Shown in pieces: positions 13,721 to 26,915 of a stretch of 64,000 nt of DNA (position 1 is the first letter of the stretch; each line of letters begins with the position of its first letter). The notes below the pieces were generated by a model. It was not told the DNA's origin, ran no database searches, and was given only the letters and a program-made list of their open reading frames with translations. The position numbers were made by a program, and so were the translations under genes. The stretch spans positions 98,768,001 to 98,832,000 of the forward strand of contig CM052817.1 in the NCBI GenBank assembly GCA_028534125.1, in the 5' to 3' direction. This DNA comes from Lama glama (lineage: Eukaryota).

Positions 13721-13954
13721 AGTGCGGGGACATGCTGTGGCGTCACTGCCCTCTTGCTTTCCATCAGATGGAAGAAGGGGCACCAGAGATGGCCGCTGCT
13801 TCCACCTGCTCACACGCCCTGCCCACGCAGTGGTGTCAGGGGGAGCAGGGGCGCCCTCCATCCCCCGTGCTCTGGTTGTGTTAATAGGGGCGTTACTCCT
13901 GGAGGATTGGTTGACCTCTCCTGACATTCAAGTGCTAGATGGTAGGCTACAAAG

Positions 13955-14600
13955 CACAGGAGATTCTCGCTATTCGCTGTAGTTACGTTCTAAAAAGTTG
14001 CCGCTAACGCTGAATTCTCAAATACTGGTCTGTTGCTGGTGGGGAAATACAGGGTTAGTTCCTGTGAGCCCATGGTCACCACTTTCATCAACCAGTCAGT
14101 ATATAATCTTGTGTTGAGTGTGTTTCTGTTGGAAGACGCCTTGTTTAACATGTATTGTTGGTTCATGTGCGTTGTCCTCAGGCCCAGCAGTGCTGTCACT
14201 CACACCCACGCGAAGGGCATCTGACGCATGTGTGTTCTCCATAAGGCACAAGTTTCATGAGCTTAGGAACACTAGATAGCACTTCAGCTCTACACTTGGG
14301 GGCCATTTTAAGCAGAGAACCAAAAGCCCCCAAATGCAAAAAAAAAAAACAAACCCAAAACAAAAAAACCTGTGGCGTGTAAATAGCCCACAAGACGTGT
14401 GTGGGTGGGGCCAAGTAGCAGAGTGTCACCTTGTTCATCCTCAGCTGGGATTTGTTGGGTGACTCAAATTTTTTGTCACTGTGTTCATGTCAGCGAATGA
14501 CCACAAAAATACCACAGGTATTGATTTGGGGACTAAAAATACATTTTAGCAAGCAGGCGAATTTGCAAATGTACAATCTGCAGATACTGAGGATCAAATG
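13955..14600 (-). mobile_element. MER82-like TcMar-Tigger deletion derivative
   Basis: Right end 'gcgaatttgcaaatgtacaatctgcagatactgaggatcaa' and an inverted-repeat-like left end 'gattctcgctattcgc'. The minus-strand peptide KMAPKCRAEVLSSVPK resembles the start of a Tigger ORF. Confidence 0.8.
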
Positions 14601-16559
14601 CACTTTGAATTTCAGCTTTTATGTCACAGTGAGCTGGTCTGTCATGCAAAACCGGATGTCAACATGGAGAAAGGAGGTTGCTTTTTTTAAAGGGATAATA
14701 TAATAGGGTGCAATACATTCATATATGATAAGCCAAGGCAGTGTTTTTTAAAATTGAGGTGAGCTGATTCAAAGGGTGGAAGAGGTTACTCTGTGAGAAT
14801 CTTCAGATTAGACCTGAGATGCATGTACTTCTCTCTGATAAGAGAATGTGAAGGTGTTGTGGGCTTGATAACCAGCTGTGCTAATAACGATCATTGAGCG
14901 TCAGCTAATTACGATGTGTGAAAAATAAAACGTCCAACTAATAGTAGGTTACATTAGTTTCAGTTCCTGAGTCACCTTGTGTAAACAAAGGTTGTAACAA
15001 AATAAGATGAAAAGAGTCCAGATAGGAAAAGAATATAAGGGATTTACATGCCTTGGAGAAACTGGCAGTCTCCAGAATATTGTCCAGTCTCTAATTCTTT
15101 CACGGTTAAAGGAGTTCCTTTGCGAAACAGATTCAGTGTTTGTGGTACAGTGTTAAAATGCAGGAAATGAGATTACACATTTTGAAAGCATTTTCCTCTG
15201 AATGACACTTTTGTGTTCAAAATATTTTGAGACATTCCTATGGTAGAGACTATTGTGTGAAATAAGCAAAGTAGATAAGGCAGTACTTGATGTGTTGACA
15301 AGATAACTGAAAATGCCTTGATGAGAATTTCAGTCCCTCATAAGGAGCAGTTTACGTCTGTTTGTGTTTGTTTGTGTGTGCGTAACAAGGGCTCATGCGT
15401 GTGTCAGCGTTTGCTGTTGTCTGATCGCTCCTAAGACAGTTCTGTACTGGGGACGGCACAGTGCCTAAGTGCCCGCGTAGCACCTCTGATTGCCTTCTTG
15501 TTGGAAAGGTTTTAAAGTGTTTAAATTTTTTTTGTTTTTCTGTCTTCTCAAAATCCATCTGTTTTCGGCGGCCTGGTGTACTGCTGGGCTGCAGTTTGTA
15601 TTGGCAGTCGTTTTTCACAGTGTTTCCCTATGTTGTCCCCTTCCTCCTTGCAGCCTTCTACCTCGCTGAGGGGCCGCGGCCAGCAGCTGCCCCCACCCTC
15701 CCTTTTGATAATGATTTGCTCCTTAAATGCGTTCATCTTTCTCAATGACTGTTTACTAACTTACCTAAGCCAGGTGATAATGGGAGACTGTTGACTATGA
15801 GGAAATCCCAGTTTCACTCATTTTATAAGATGAAATGGTTGCTTAGAATGCTTTAAAACAATTTATGAATTAAATTTTAGAAGACTGGTTTTCTAAATTG
15901 TTGTTTTTCCCTATTCTCATGAGCCGTGGTTGCAAAAAATCAAAATTCCCATCTTTCTGTCTCCCCACCCCCTTCTCTTTCTCTTACAAACACACACGTT
16001 ATGTGCATGTGTGTGTATATGTACATATGTTATCACATGTATATATAACATGTTAAATATTGTACAACATATAATGTCATATATATATAGTATATATGTT
16101 AGAGTTTCGGGTTATAGTTAGGAAAAACTTCATTCTTGGAGATTCATAGTGCACATTAGCATATTTAAGGCTTTGAAAAGTCCTGTGATAAAGAAACCGG
16201 TTAGAACATTTCCCAGATTTTTCGGTCATGGAAGACTTTCAAGCAGAATACGCTATTAATATCCCCTTGGACTAGTGTTCTTTAAATGCTGCCCTGAAGA
16301 CAAACAAGCACTTAAATGTTACGACTTACTCAGTTGTAGTGAGCATCTCCTGCAGGCCAGGCGCTGAACTGAGTAGAAGGCGTGTGGTTGGTGACTAAGA
16401 ATTGTCACTGCCCTCACGGGGAGAGCAGTGGGTGAAGGGTGACAGACCGCAGTGTGACAGGTGCCCGGTGGGGTCAGTACAGGCTGCTGCTGTGAGAGTG
16501 TCGGAATGGGGGTGGTACCTAACCCGGACTCAGCAGGGAAGAGCACCTGAGGAAGTGCA

Positions 16560-17300
16560 AGCATTCTTTCATTCACCTGTACAAATGAGTGTCTTCTAGG
16601 ATGGGGGATAGCACTGAGCCAGGCAAGGTCTCAGCTGACATGAAGGTTAAATTCCACTGGGGGAAGGCAGATAATCACTTAAATAATTTAGCTTTTTGAT
16701 GGTGAACGGTGCTATAAGGAACACGAGGAAGGTTTGAAATAGCTGCTGTATCAACAAGGGTGGGCTCTAAGTAAGAAAGCAGCTTTGAGGGTTCCGGTGA
16801 GGTGGAAACCACGGACTTAATAATGGCATCGTGAAAGTACCGAGTTTTGTGGGTTTTCTTCTAGTACATCCACTGTCCTGGTGAGGTGCAGGAATGTGAA
16901 GAGTTGGGGTGACAGGAATTTGGATTTTCTCAGTTGTGGGCACTGAGAGGACAGTCACATCATGGAGTTTTGACACCATCAGGTAGTAGACAGGCTGAGC
17001 TGGTCAGGGGAGGAAACCCGCAGAGGGAGGAAGGAGTGTGGAAGGGACTAGGATGGCAGAGGTGAATGCGTAGGTAGAGGAGGGCTGAGGGGGATAGAGG
17101 AACAGGAAGTCTGTGGTTAGGGGGAGATTTTTTTAATAAGGATTCGGAAGTGGGAGTCCCCCTGAATGATGAAGTCCAGAATGTGGCAGGGGGCTGCAGT
17201 GGCTGAGGGACTGTGGTGGTACTGGCCACATTGCAGGAGAGAGAGGGGGTTGTCCTGACCATCAGCACGGGCTGGGATACCACTCAGGTAACAGAAGGGG
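16560..17300 (-). mobile_element. L2 LINE fragments
   Basis: Begins 'ttcattcac' (antisense L2 tail), followed by purine-rich antisense L2-like sequence. Boundaries approximate. Confidence 0.55.
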
Positions 17301-18109
17301 TACTTGGGACAGAGATGCCATGAACCAAGTTCTAACGCCTTAAGGGAAGGAGGGGGAATATCAGAGCTGGAAAATACAAAGTGGTATAATTAAATGAAGT
17401 GAGACTCCATGGAACAGGGGGTTCCTTTTAAATAAGTATGCAGAAGTCCCTGTGAGCAAGTAGCAGGCTCTCCTTACCCTGCCTCTGAGGAGATGGGGTG
17501 TGGGAGAAGAGGCAGCCTCAGGTGCCTGGAATGTGGCTTCACAGGTCAACATGGGTTCAGAAGAGGCTGTGGCTTTTCTAGGATAGTTGGTGATGGACAG
17601 ACTGTAAAGTTCAAACCATATCTTCTGGCTCTTTGCCCAGAGCGCTTCATCCTAGCTGCTGAGATACAGGGACTACAAGATGACACACGCTCGTAAGTTC
17701 ATCAAGCAGCAGAGTAGTTGCTTCTTCAATGAATGCTGTTGCTACTGTATCTACTATGTGAAGTTGTGTACATAATGGACTAAGCTTCTGGGTTTCCATG
17801 AGACAGTTTTTGAGTTTTGGACATCTAGTATTTGAAAAATTACCTTATTCACGAAATGACTGCTCTAAGATCTCCCTGTGACCGAGTTTCCCTCCCCACA
17901 CCAGTTCCCTTACCCCTGCCATGTTCCTTCTTTCCCTTCCATCCTGACGTGTCCCTGACAGTGGCTCCAATTTTTGATGGAAGCCCAGCCAAGCCTGCAA
18001 TCATCTCATCCCTGAAGACCTTTGAGAGGTCGTTGCTTCAAATGCATTTTCCTTGGAGCCTTAGTGAGAGCTTCTGGTGCTGGAATGGATTGTTTTAGAG
18101 ATTAAGAAC

Positions 18110-18255
18110 GAGGGCTTTGCATTTGGACAGACCTGGAATTGATTCCTGGGTCCACCATTTATTAATGGTGTAACCTTCATTGCAGTACTTACTGACCCCA
18201 GTTATCTGTTTTCTAAGTGTGAATGAAGTCAGATTTATGCTAAAGCATTTGACTG
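18110..18255 (+). mobile_element. MIR SINE
   Basis: 'gggctttg...cagacctgg...gtaaccttc...agtacttactgaccccagttatctgttttctaag', a degenerate MIR. Confidence 0.55.
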
Positions 18256-18514
18256 ATGAATTGTAGTGGTTCTCATCAGCATCTCCAGAGGTCCTGGGAA
18301 CCATCACTCCAAAAAGCCCCTGGAGTTGACTGGGGGGGCGGCAGGGAGAAGGCTTTGGAATCTATTGTCTCAACAGGGGTATCTTTAATCTTGACATTCT
18401 TCACTGTGAACATAAGTCCCAGTCTCCTGTGGACTTTGAAGCCCTGCCTAAAAGTGAAGGTGAGGCAAAATCTGGACTGTGAGCAGGCTGGTCCTTCATC
18501 TTTTGGGACTGTCA

Positions 18515-18640
18515 GTCACGGGTCCTTAATCATGACGACACATCAGAAGCACCTAGGAGCTTTAAGAAAGTAGATACATAGACCCCAAACCCCAGGAGAC
18601 TCTCATTTATAGACCTGGGGTAGGGCCCATACAGATGGTT
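18515..18640. mobile_element. MER5A-like hAT-Charlie fragment
   Basis: 'cacatcagaagcacctaggagctttaagaaa...ccccaggagactctcatt...ctggggtagggccc'. Confidence 0.6.
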
Positions 18641-18762
18641 TTTCACTGTATATAAACAGATACATGGACTGACAGAGTTAGAAGTTAGCACTAATAGTAA
18701 AAACTTCCCAAAGTTGTCAGGATCAAGTAAAATTGCCTAGTCCATAACTACAATTCAGAGAT

Positions 18763-19167
18763 TATATCAGTCATCTCTTGTTGCATAATAAATCACCCTA
18801 AATTCAGTGGCATTCAGAAATAAGCATTTCTTTCTCACCCTTTAAATGTTGGCTGCAGCAGCTGTGCTGATGGCCGCTGAGCTGCAAGACAGAGTGGGCT
18901 GGGGCGGCTTTCCTCCACATGTCTCTCACCCTCCTCCCACCAGCTGGTCAGCCCAGGCCTTCTCATGCCCCTCAGAATCACAAGGGAGCACATGGACATG
19001 TGCATGGCCTCCTGAAGCCTAGACTCAAAGCATTATTCTGCTTCATTCTGTTGGCCAGAGTGGGTCCCATGCACGAACCCTTGTGTCAGGAGGTGGTGAG
19101 ATACATGCAAAGGACATGGGGACAGGGAGGGGTGAGGAATGAGGGGGCAGTAGTGCCGTCTGTCACA
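18763..19167 (-). mobile_element. MLT1-type (ERVL-MaLR) solo LTR, old subfamily
   Basis: 'gcataataaatcaccctaaattcagtggc...aataagcatttctttctcac...cttcattctgttggccagag...tgtcaca'. Confidence 0.75.
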
Positions 19168-19789
19168 GAAGCCTGAAATGTGAGTTTTTGCTAGTGAAAG
19201 TTAAATGACTTCAAAGGAGCAAAAATTTTGATGAAGCATCTCCTGTGTCAGGCTCAGTGGAAAATGCCAAGAAAAAGTGACCAGGAGCTGCCGAAAGTAA
19301 AGGATTCATCCTATGAGTTACTCTAGGAGTTAAATAGGCTTTGCGGGGAAGTGTATGCAAGATTTTGGAAACTTCTCGCCCTTTATAACTTTTTCCACCA
19401 CGTAGGAAAATTCATACAGGATTTAAATGAGTTTTGGGAGATTATTCATAAAATGTGACCACCTATATTTTCTGTATTTCCACTCCGTAACAAAGTGTGT
19501 TGTAAAATGTTATTGAACCCCCAAGCCACATCCCTTTCTAATTATAAGGTTGCATTTGCGTATAGAGGGGAGCTTGTGAGAAGCATTACACACTACACAT
19601 CGGACTTTAAGATAGCAGAGTTCAGTAGTCTGATGCTTTCATTATGACTGTGTGCATGAAAGTTTTATCTCTGCCTGTTCATTTGTAATGATATCTACTC
19701 TTCACAAGTTACTTACTGAAATTAGATGTAATAAAGTGTGTGAAAGTAGCTTCAAGGTTGAATATCATAAACCAGTAATAGTTTCTGTC

Positions 19790-20035
19790 AGAACGTAGAG
19801 CGTAAGCTCTTGGGCTGCACAACAGATTGCCTGGGTGTGATTTCTGGGGTTGTCACACAGGCTATGAGACGTGGGGCAAAGGCGATTAATCCCTGTGTCT
19901 CGTTCCTCCTTGTTTAAAAGGGAGTAAGAGTCACATGTCCCCTCTAAGGTGGCTGTAAGGGTTCAGGTAAACCTTTTGTAAACCTTTAGTGGGCACAGTG
20001 CCTGGTCTGCTATAGCTGCTCAATAGGGGTTACAT
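19790..20035 (+). mobile_element. MIR SINE
   Basis: 'cagattgcctgggtgtga...gctatgagacgtggggcaaag...gcacagtgcctgg...gctcaata'. Confidence 0.7.
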
Positions 20036-23000
20036 TTTTTTGCTACAATAAATGAAAAATAAACAAAATTGCTATTTGACCAATTAAATACTCAAGGATA
20101 GCTAAAGCCAGTCTAAGAGATGTAACGTAAGGTTTGTGAATTTAGGAATCTGAGTGGGAAAGTTTGAAGGGTTGTGTGGATTTTTCAGGTCTCAGTTATT
20201 TAAAGGTGAGAACTATTTTGCAATGAGGAACATTTTTTGCGGACGTGCCACATGTACAGTAATGTGTTGTATCTAGCAAAGAACTTAAGATATGATCTGT
20301 ATCTTCAAGAAGCTAGTACGCAGTTGGGAAACGCAGTTATCACATCCGAAGTGATGCTGGTGTTAAGTGATACGGTGCAGACTAGCTGTGTAAAAGGAGT
20401 GTCTCTCCAAGCTGCTGGGCAGGTGCCAGTGAAATTCTACCCGTGGATTTAGGTGGCAGCTCAGAGGTCGGCCACAGCATAGAGTGCTTATGTGCTTACT
20501 TACACAGGGATGCAGAATTAAATTGTGGCCTTGTAAGGTGTTTGCGATTGGAATGAGACTCCGCAGAGGGAGAAGGGGAGTTTTGTAGTTGATGTTACAA
20601 AGCTTCTGAAGTCTCTGAAAGGGCCTCTTCTTCCCAGGAGATTGCAGAAAAAAGCTAAGTCAGCACATGTCGTGCCTCTCCTTACAGAGCTAACGGGTCA
20701 TGTATCACTGACAATGGGGTGGTGGCGGCTTTTGCCCAGAGAGGCAGAAAGTGGCTTATTCAGGGTTCAGTGGCTCTGTGGTGCCAAAGCTAATGCCATT
20801 TTCGGCCAAGAGTATTTTTGAGCATTATTGTCTTTGCAGTCTGTCTTTTTAAAAGTAGGATTTCAAAGTTTATATGAAATTCACCGTGTTTGTCTATTTC
20901 CTATCCAAGTGATGTGGTTTGTTGTATGTTTTAGCAAATGTAACAAGCGAAATATGCCTCTAGAATGTCACTGCTTAGTTCCCACTTGGCCTTTTCTAGT
21001 CTGTAAAGGTGGGTGTTGGTCTTTACCTCAAAAGGGCATAAAAATAAAGCTTTAATGAGACATTGTATGTAACAGAATCAAAGACTCTGGTAGTGAGTTA
21101 AGAGGGGGAATGTATAATTTTCCCTTTGCAAAAACCAGATTTTTAAAATAAAGTACATTAAAGTAACTCATTCTAAAATGAAACAGAAAGGTGATGTTTT
21201 GTTAGTTTATCTTCTCTATTGGTTATATTGCAGGGCTTAATTTCTTAGAATTTAAGCTCTGTTAGAAGTCAGCTACCTTTGTTCTTTCCAGGTGAGTGGG
21301 GCTGTGGAGGAAATAAATACATAAGGCTTCTCCCAGCAAAGGTGGAGGTCCTCCTCGACGCCGGGTCTCCAGGACTAGAGGGAGCTGTGACAGTGTGCCA
21401 GCAAAGGGGTGTGTGTTGAGATCCACAGTGGTGACGCTGTGTGGGAGGCAGGAGGAGGTGGCAGAGATGCTCACAAAGACACTGCTTGGGAGAAGGGACT
21501 TCTTCACAAAAGGTTTTGCAGTATCCATGAAGCAAGTACTGCCCTGTGCTCAAAGGTTGCAGATACATTTTTCAATGTACCTAGTGAGAAATCTAATATC
21601 TTCTGCTTAGTCTTCCTGTTCTTGTCCTATTTGTTTTCCACAGCAATCCATGAAGGTCCAGCTGTTTCATTTTTATTAAAAAAATTTTTGTTATAGTTAA
21701 TGTATGCTTGTGGATACTGATGAGGAATACCATAAAGCAGTTAAAATAATTTGTTGATAATAAAAGTGAAAAGATTGGAACCAGTAAATAAGCGTACTAC
21801 ATTATAACAAGCATTATCATATTTGTGCATCTAATGGTTTTCAAAGCTTTTGCAGAATGTGTAGAGAAGCTGGAGACACTTATTCATTGTTTAGATTTTT
21901 TTTAAACTGTCTGCCCGGACAAGGGAAAGAATAATACCACTTCATTTGAACTCATTCTCTTCCTTCAAACCTGCAGATTCGGCTAATCAAGAATTTCATT
22001 TATGATTTTGAAACCATACTACCAACTGTGTGTGGCTTTGGACGTTCTGGGTTTAGGGTGGTAGAAGGCTGCATGGCATTTCCTTAGCCTGCAAGTTTTA
22101 ATTCCATAGTATTTCTTGGTTCTTAGCACGAGGCCGAATTTCATTAAATTCTCCGAAATTTAATCTTATGAAAGTGCTAGGATGACTCATGCTAGCCTTC
22201 CTTCCCCAGATCATGACTCATTTTCAGAGTTGTATTTGAAAAGCTTTGTAAGTTCAGATGAAATACTTAGAATCTGGCACTTTTCTGTTTCCCTGAATAC
22301 TCGGTTGGTCTCTGCCAGCAGTGAGTGTGATGACAGAGTTAGGTCTTATTTCTCAGGTGTTCCTGTTGGTGTTTCATTTTGCAGGTCTAAACAGGGGGCT
22401 AGAAGGGAGTGCTGAAACAGAAGAATAAGCCCTCAAGTGTTTTGTTCTTTTTGTTCCTACAAGATGGAAACCATTCAAGGACATCTGGTACATAGGGCTG
22501 TGTTCATTTCTCGGTATTTGGCTCTTACCATTTTACCAGCATCTTTACAAGACCAGTCTTCTGGGAATATTCATTGTCTCTTTTCTTCACAGAGTTGTCA
22601 TTGGAGGTATATAAATAGGTTATGAAACAAAGGAGAATTTTAAAGATACTAAGGATTAGAGAGTGATAAACTCGAGGTACACATCCATTTCTTGGCAGAA
22701 AGATGTGAAGGGAAGTGTGACTTCAGAGCACAAGAGAACTACTTTACAAAGGTTTGAAAGACGCCTTTGGAATATTTTTTGCTTTTGTGGTTTGTTGACT
22801 CTGTTTTCCGAGACAAGGAATCTTTCCTCACGAGAGTAGCATGATTTCATGCTCTGGAGTATGGTTATTGTGGTGAACCATACAGCTGTAATTAGAACGC
22901 ATTAAATTGGCCTGAACCCTTGTTTGAGGTTTAATGCTTGACATGTTAAATGCATCAGTTCTGCTCTAGAGAAAAATTTCTGTAACAATGAAATCATACT

Positions 23001-23949
23001 GTGTTGAGTTAAACTATGTTAGTATCCTTCTTTTAGACAGAGTTCATGAAATGTCTGAATTGTTTTCCTGTTAGTAATGAAAAAGGTTTATGAACCCGTC
23101 ATGAAGAAAATAATTATTTCGTGTAGTTTCCATTTAATTCCCTGCATTGCCAAATATTCTTCTATGAATCTTTCTTTCATCACTCCCTCCTGACTCCCTC
23201 TTTAGATTCACAGTCAGTTTTCAGGAGCTCATCTGTCATCATCTTGTATGTAATTAATGCAGTGTCTTAGGTGGTGTCATCTGAATTACCCAATGGGAAT
23301 AATGATTGGGTAATTTGAGATGTCATAGTTGACCCTGGATCCTCCTTCTCTGAAGGGTAAGAGTAGGTAATGATTTCTGAGCTACTGTACTAGACTGTAA
23401 GGTTAAAAAAGAAAAGAAAACAAAGACAGTGTCATCCTGGATAATTTTAGTTTCTTTTGTTCCCTTTATTCATTATTTAACAGGCTAACCTACAGCATTT
23501 GTTTCCTCTCACTTATGTTTCAAATTACAGTCAGTTTCCTCTGGTATTTGTTGACATCAGAATTGATTCAGGCATTTTATTTGTGGAATCTGTGCTGGAG
23601 TTAACAAGGAGCCAAACTCCAGGGGAAATTAGATATTAAATGAAATATTTGAGTGCCCCTGAATTTAAGAATCTGTGCTTAACAGACACCGAAGTCCCTC
23701 AGCTGCAGTTCATAACGTTAGTGAACTTATGATTGAATTGTCATAATGAATATGAAGAAGCAGACTCAGTAAGAAGAGCAAAACCCCTCAATTCTGTGTA
23801 AGGTTTTTCTTAAGAACTTTGGAAGGAAGTTCCAGACAGTGAGATAAGATGTTTCAAGGGATGCTGACTCAGAGTCTCACTCTTCCCTTGGGGTTGCCTT
23901 TGATTTCCTCTGCGTCACCAAGCTCCACCCCGACGGGTTACAGGGAGGA

Positions 23950-24130
23950 AGGTGGTTAGTGGTTACGGGAGCAAACTATGGGGTCCCAGTGCTGGGTAGG
24001 GAGCTTGGGCTGGTTGCTTGATCTTTCTGATCCTGTGTCTTTACCTTGTTTGTAAAAGGGGATGGCAATAGAAACGTCCCTGGAGAGTGATGGGTGCCCT
24101 AACAGACATTGAGTAAATGTTAGCTATTTT
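23950..24130 (+). mobile_element. MIR SINE
   Basis: 'tagtggtta...gagcttgggctggttgcttgatctttctga...tgtaaaagggga...gtaaatgttagctatt'. Confidence 0.55.
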
Positions 24131-24254
24131 TACTTTTACATTGTTTTCCCTTTAAAGTCCAAACATTGGCAGAAATGTTTTTTGTTATCATTCAGTTTTG
24201 CCAATTAAGACAGACTGGTGGTGTAGGGAATAATTTTTCTTGATAAAATAAATA

Positions 24255-24470
24255 ATTATCCAATACCTACTATGTGGAACAAACTGTGCTGGTTGGTTTA
24301 GATATATCATTTCACCTAATTGCCATGACAGATGTAAAGAGGTAGGTAGCCTTAGCTCGGTTCTACTGATAGCAGAGTAACTCTTTGAACATCAGTTTCC
24401 CTAAGATCACTCAATATGTAGTTAGAGCTGGAATGCCAACTCCTAATCTCTCTGACTCTAAGCTCGTGTT
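24255..24470 (-). mobile_element. MIR SINE
   Basis: 'cctactatgtg...ccctaagatcactc...gtagttagagctggaatgccaactcctaatctctctgactctaa'. Confidence 0.55.
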
Positions 24471-25094
24471 TCTTCTAAGTACCTCACAGAAATGACTCTC
24501 GAAAATGCGTAGTACCAAAACTCCTATCAAAAGAGAACTTTCTATTAAAAATGCAGGAAGTGTCAACGTTTCTAAAGCTCTGATCCTGAAGAGTTTGTAC
24601 AACTTCACACGCAAAATTAATTTATCCAAATAATAATCGTAGATAAAATTTAGAGCAAAACAGATTTCTACTTCTTATCCTCCTGTTCATCTTCAGATGA
24701 TGGCCATCAGAGATGTCAAGGGCCCGAGACCCATTCAGAGATGAAAAACAGTGAAATACCTAACCCAGTACAGTCATTTGCTTATGGCAAGATTTACAGG
24801 AGGGAAGTAGCATGTGTTTTAGAGTCTTATCACTCAGGTGGTGGTCCAAGGGTCGTCACTTGGAAGTTTTCACAAATGCAGAATCTTAGCTCTCTTACAT
24901 CAGACTCTGCATGTTCACAGTCTCCAACCGATTTGTATGCACAAATTTCAGACTCGCAGCTTTAGAAAGCAATACAGGGGAAAACTGTCTGCAGGTTACC
25001 TGGACAATCGTACTGGTTATTAGCATTCAGGAAAGAATACAGAAGCACAGTTTATCTCCTAGGTGAATTTATAATCTAGTTGGCCAGCGCTAGA

Positions 25095-25295
25095 GTGTAG
25101 TAGTTGAAAGCTAGGTCATTCAGTTGAGAGCTGGGTTGTTGGAGTCAGGCTGCCTGGGTCAAGCCCCAGCTCTCCTACTGAGATGTTTGAACTTGGGAAA
25201 GTCTGTGGCAAAGGGCAGTCATAAGTTCAAATGCTATCTCACGTGGTCAGTGCTTACCCTAATACCAGCCACATGCACATAGGTGTTGGTTATTT
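25095..25295 (+). mobile_element. MIR SINE
   Basis: 'ggagtcaggctgcctgggtcaagccccagctctcctactgag...aacttgggaaag'. Confidence 0.6.
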
Positions 25296-26332
25296 ACTAT
25301 TAAAGAAGCCTTAGTTATATGTCAGAGTTCTTTAACTTGATGAAAGTTCACGTGGTTGTCTACCTCGTCTTTTGGATAAACCACATCTACAAGGCAGAGT
25401 CTGTAATTGCTGGTTTCAGTTCTTTAAAATGGAGTGAGACCTTAGATACCTGCAAATCAATCTGAGGGCAGAATCCATTTAAATTTTTATCAGACCTCAT
25501 CCCCCAAATCTAAGTCATCTTGAGAACATTTAATTCACTAGCAATTTATTTGATTAACCTACCTTTATGGAGTGTTTCCAAATCATTCAAATTCATTTCC
25601 ATTGAAAAGCTTTTTCATACTCATATTTCTACGATTTGTGATAATTAAATTATAGTTTTAATAAGCTCCACTGGCATAAGCAGGTTTGGGGGAAACAGAA
25701 CTGACTTTTAGATGTCAGCTGGGAGAAGGCAATACGTTTTGGGCACCAGAAAGTAGCCTGTGAGTACTGAGCGGTCAGTGTGTCATTCAGCCAGAATATT
25801 TCACGGAAGAGATGGAGAGCACTGTGGAGAGACAGCAAGTTGTTATTGTAATATACATTTTGACAACTGGCTATAAGATGCCTGGCAGGAAATGAAGTGT
25901 TTTACTTTTTGGCTTTTGGAAGTTTTGGGGGTTTTTTCTTACCATTTTGTGAAGTGTAACTTAAGGTCATTTGGCAAATGTGTGCTGTTTCACAACATAA
26001 TAGCTTCTTTTCTCATGGGGCAAGAAGCAGGAGCACATTTTTCTTTGCTACTGTGAATGTCTCTCACTCCAGGCTTTGGAATTGTGCTTAATACATAAAA
26101 TCTGCCCTGACTCTGGACTTGAGTGGAAGAAATCTTGGCAGGTTGGTTGGGGATAGCAATGAGGGACTTTTAAAGTGCTACCAAATTGTGTATCCAGTTC
26201 TTGTAAAATCAAGGGGACCTAATCTTAGTCCAAACAAAACTACGTTTTTAACTGCTTGCGTTTTTAAATGAATGTTTTTGGTTTTTTGTTCAAAGGATAT
26301 TTTAACAATGAGCATAGTCAAAGTGCAGGTGA

Positions 26333-26372
26333 GTGTGTGTGTGTGTGTGTATGTATGTGTGTGTATATATAT

Positions 26373-26422
<50 letters not shown>
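26333..26422. repeat. Compound (GT)n/(GTAT)n/(AT)n microsatellite
   Basis: Directly visible. Confidence 0.95.
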
Positions 26423-26639
26423 AAAATGCTGGCTTCTCAAAAATGGAAGGTTTTTCTTGCTTTCCTAGTGTTCCAGTGTTTAATGGGAGGTTTAACTAAA
26501 TGTATTTCAGATAAGAGTTTTTAAAAAGAGAGGACAATTTATATCTCTTAAGTCACACATAGTCTCACCGTTTCCCACTTCAGAAAGATCAGCACTCGTT
26601 CCCTGTGTCTGTAATGAAGAGGGTATACTGTACCTTGAC

Positions 26640-26915
26640 AGAAAGCACACTGCGACAGGAGGCAGAAGCCTAGATTTCAAACCCTAGCCTGAGTGACGTC
26701 TGGAGTGGCATCTAATCACTCTGAACCTCAGTTTCTTCCTCTGTAAAATGATGGCAGTAAGACCTTTTTCATCTATAAAATGGGAATGATTGATTTCATC
26801 CATAAAATGGAAACTCACCAGGCTGTGGTCAGGATTAAGTGAGATATAACATATGAGAAATGTTTAGTAGTGTGTTTGGCACAGAGTAAGTGCTTGATAA
26901 TGCGGCATTTATTGT
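26640..26915 (+). mobile_element. MIR SINE with internal repetition of the core motif
   Basis: 'ctctgaacctcagtttcttcctctgtaaaatg...aggattaagtgagata...ggcacagagtaagtgct'. The motif t(c/a)tc.(g/a)taaaatg occurs three times. Confidence 0.75.
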
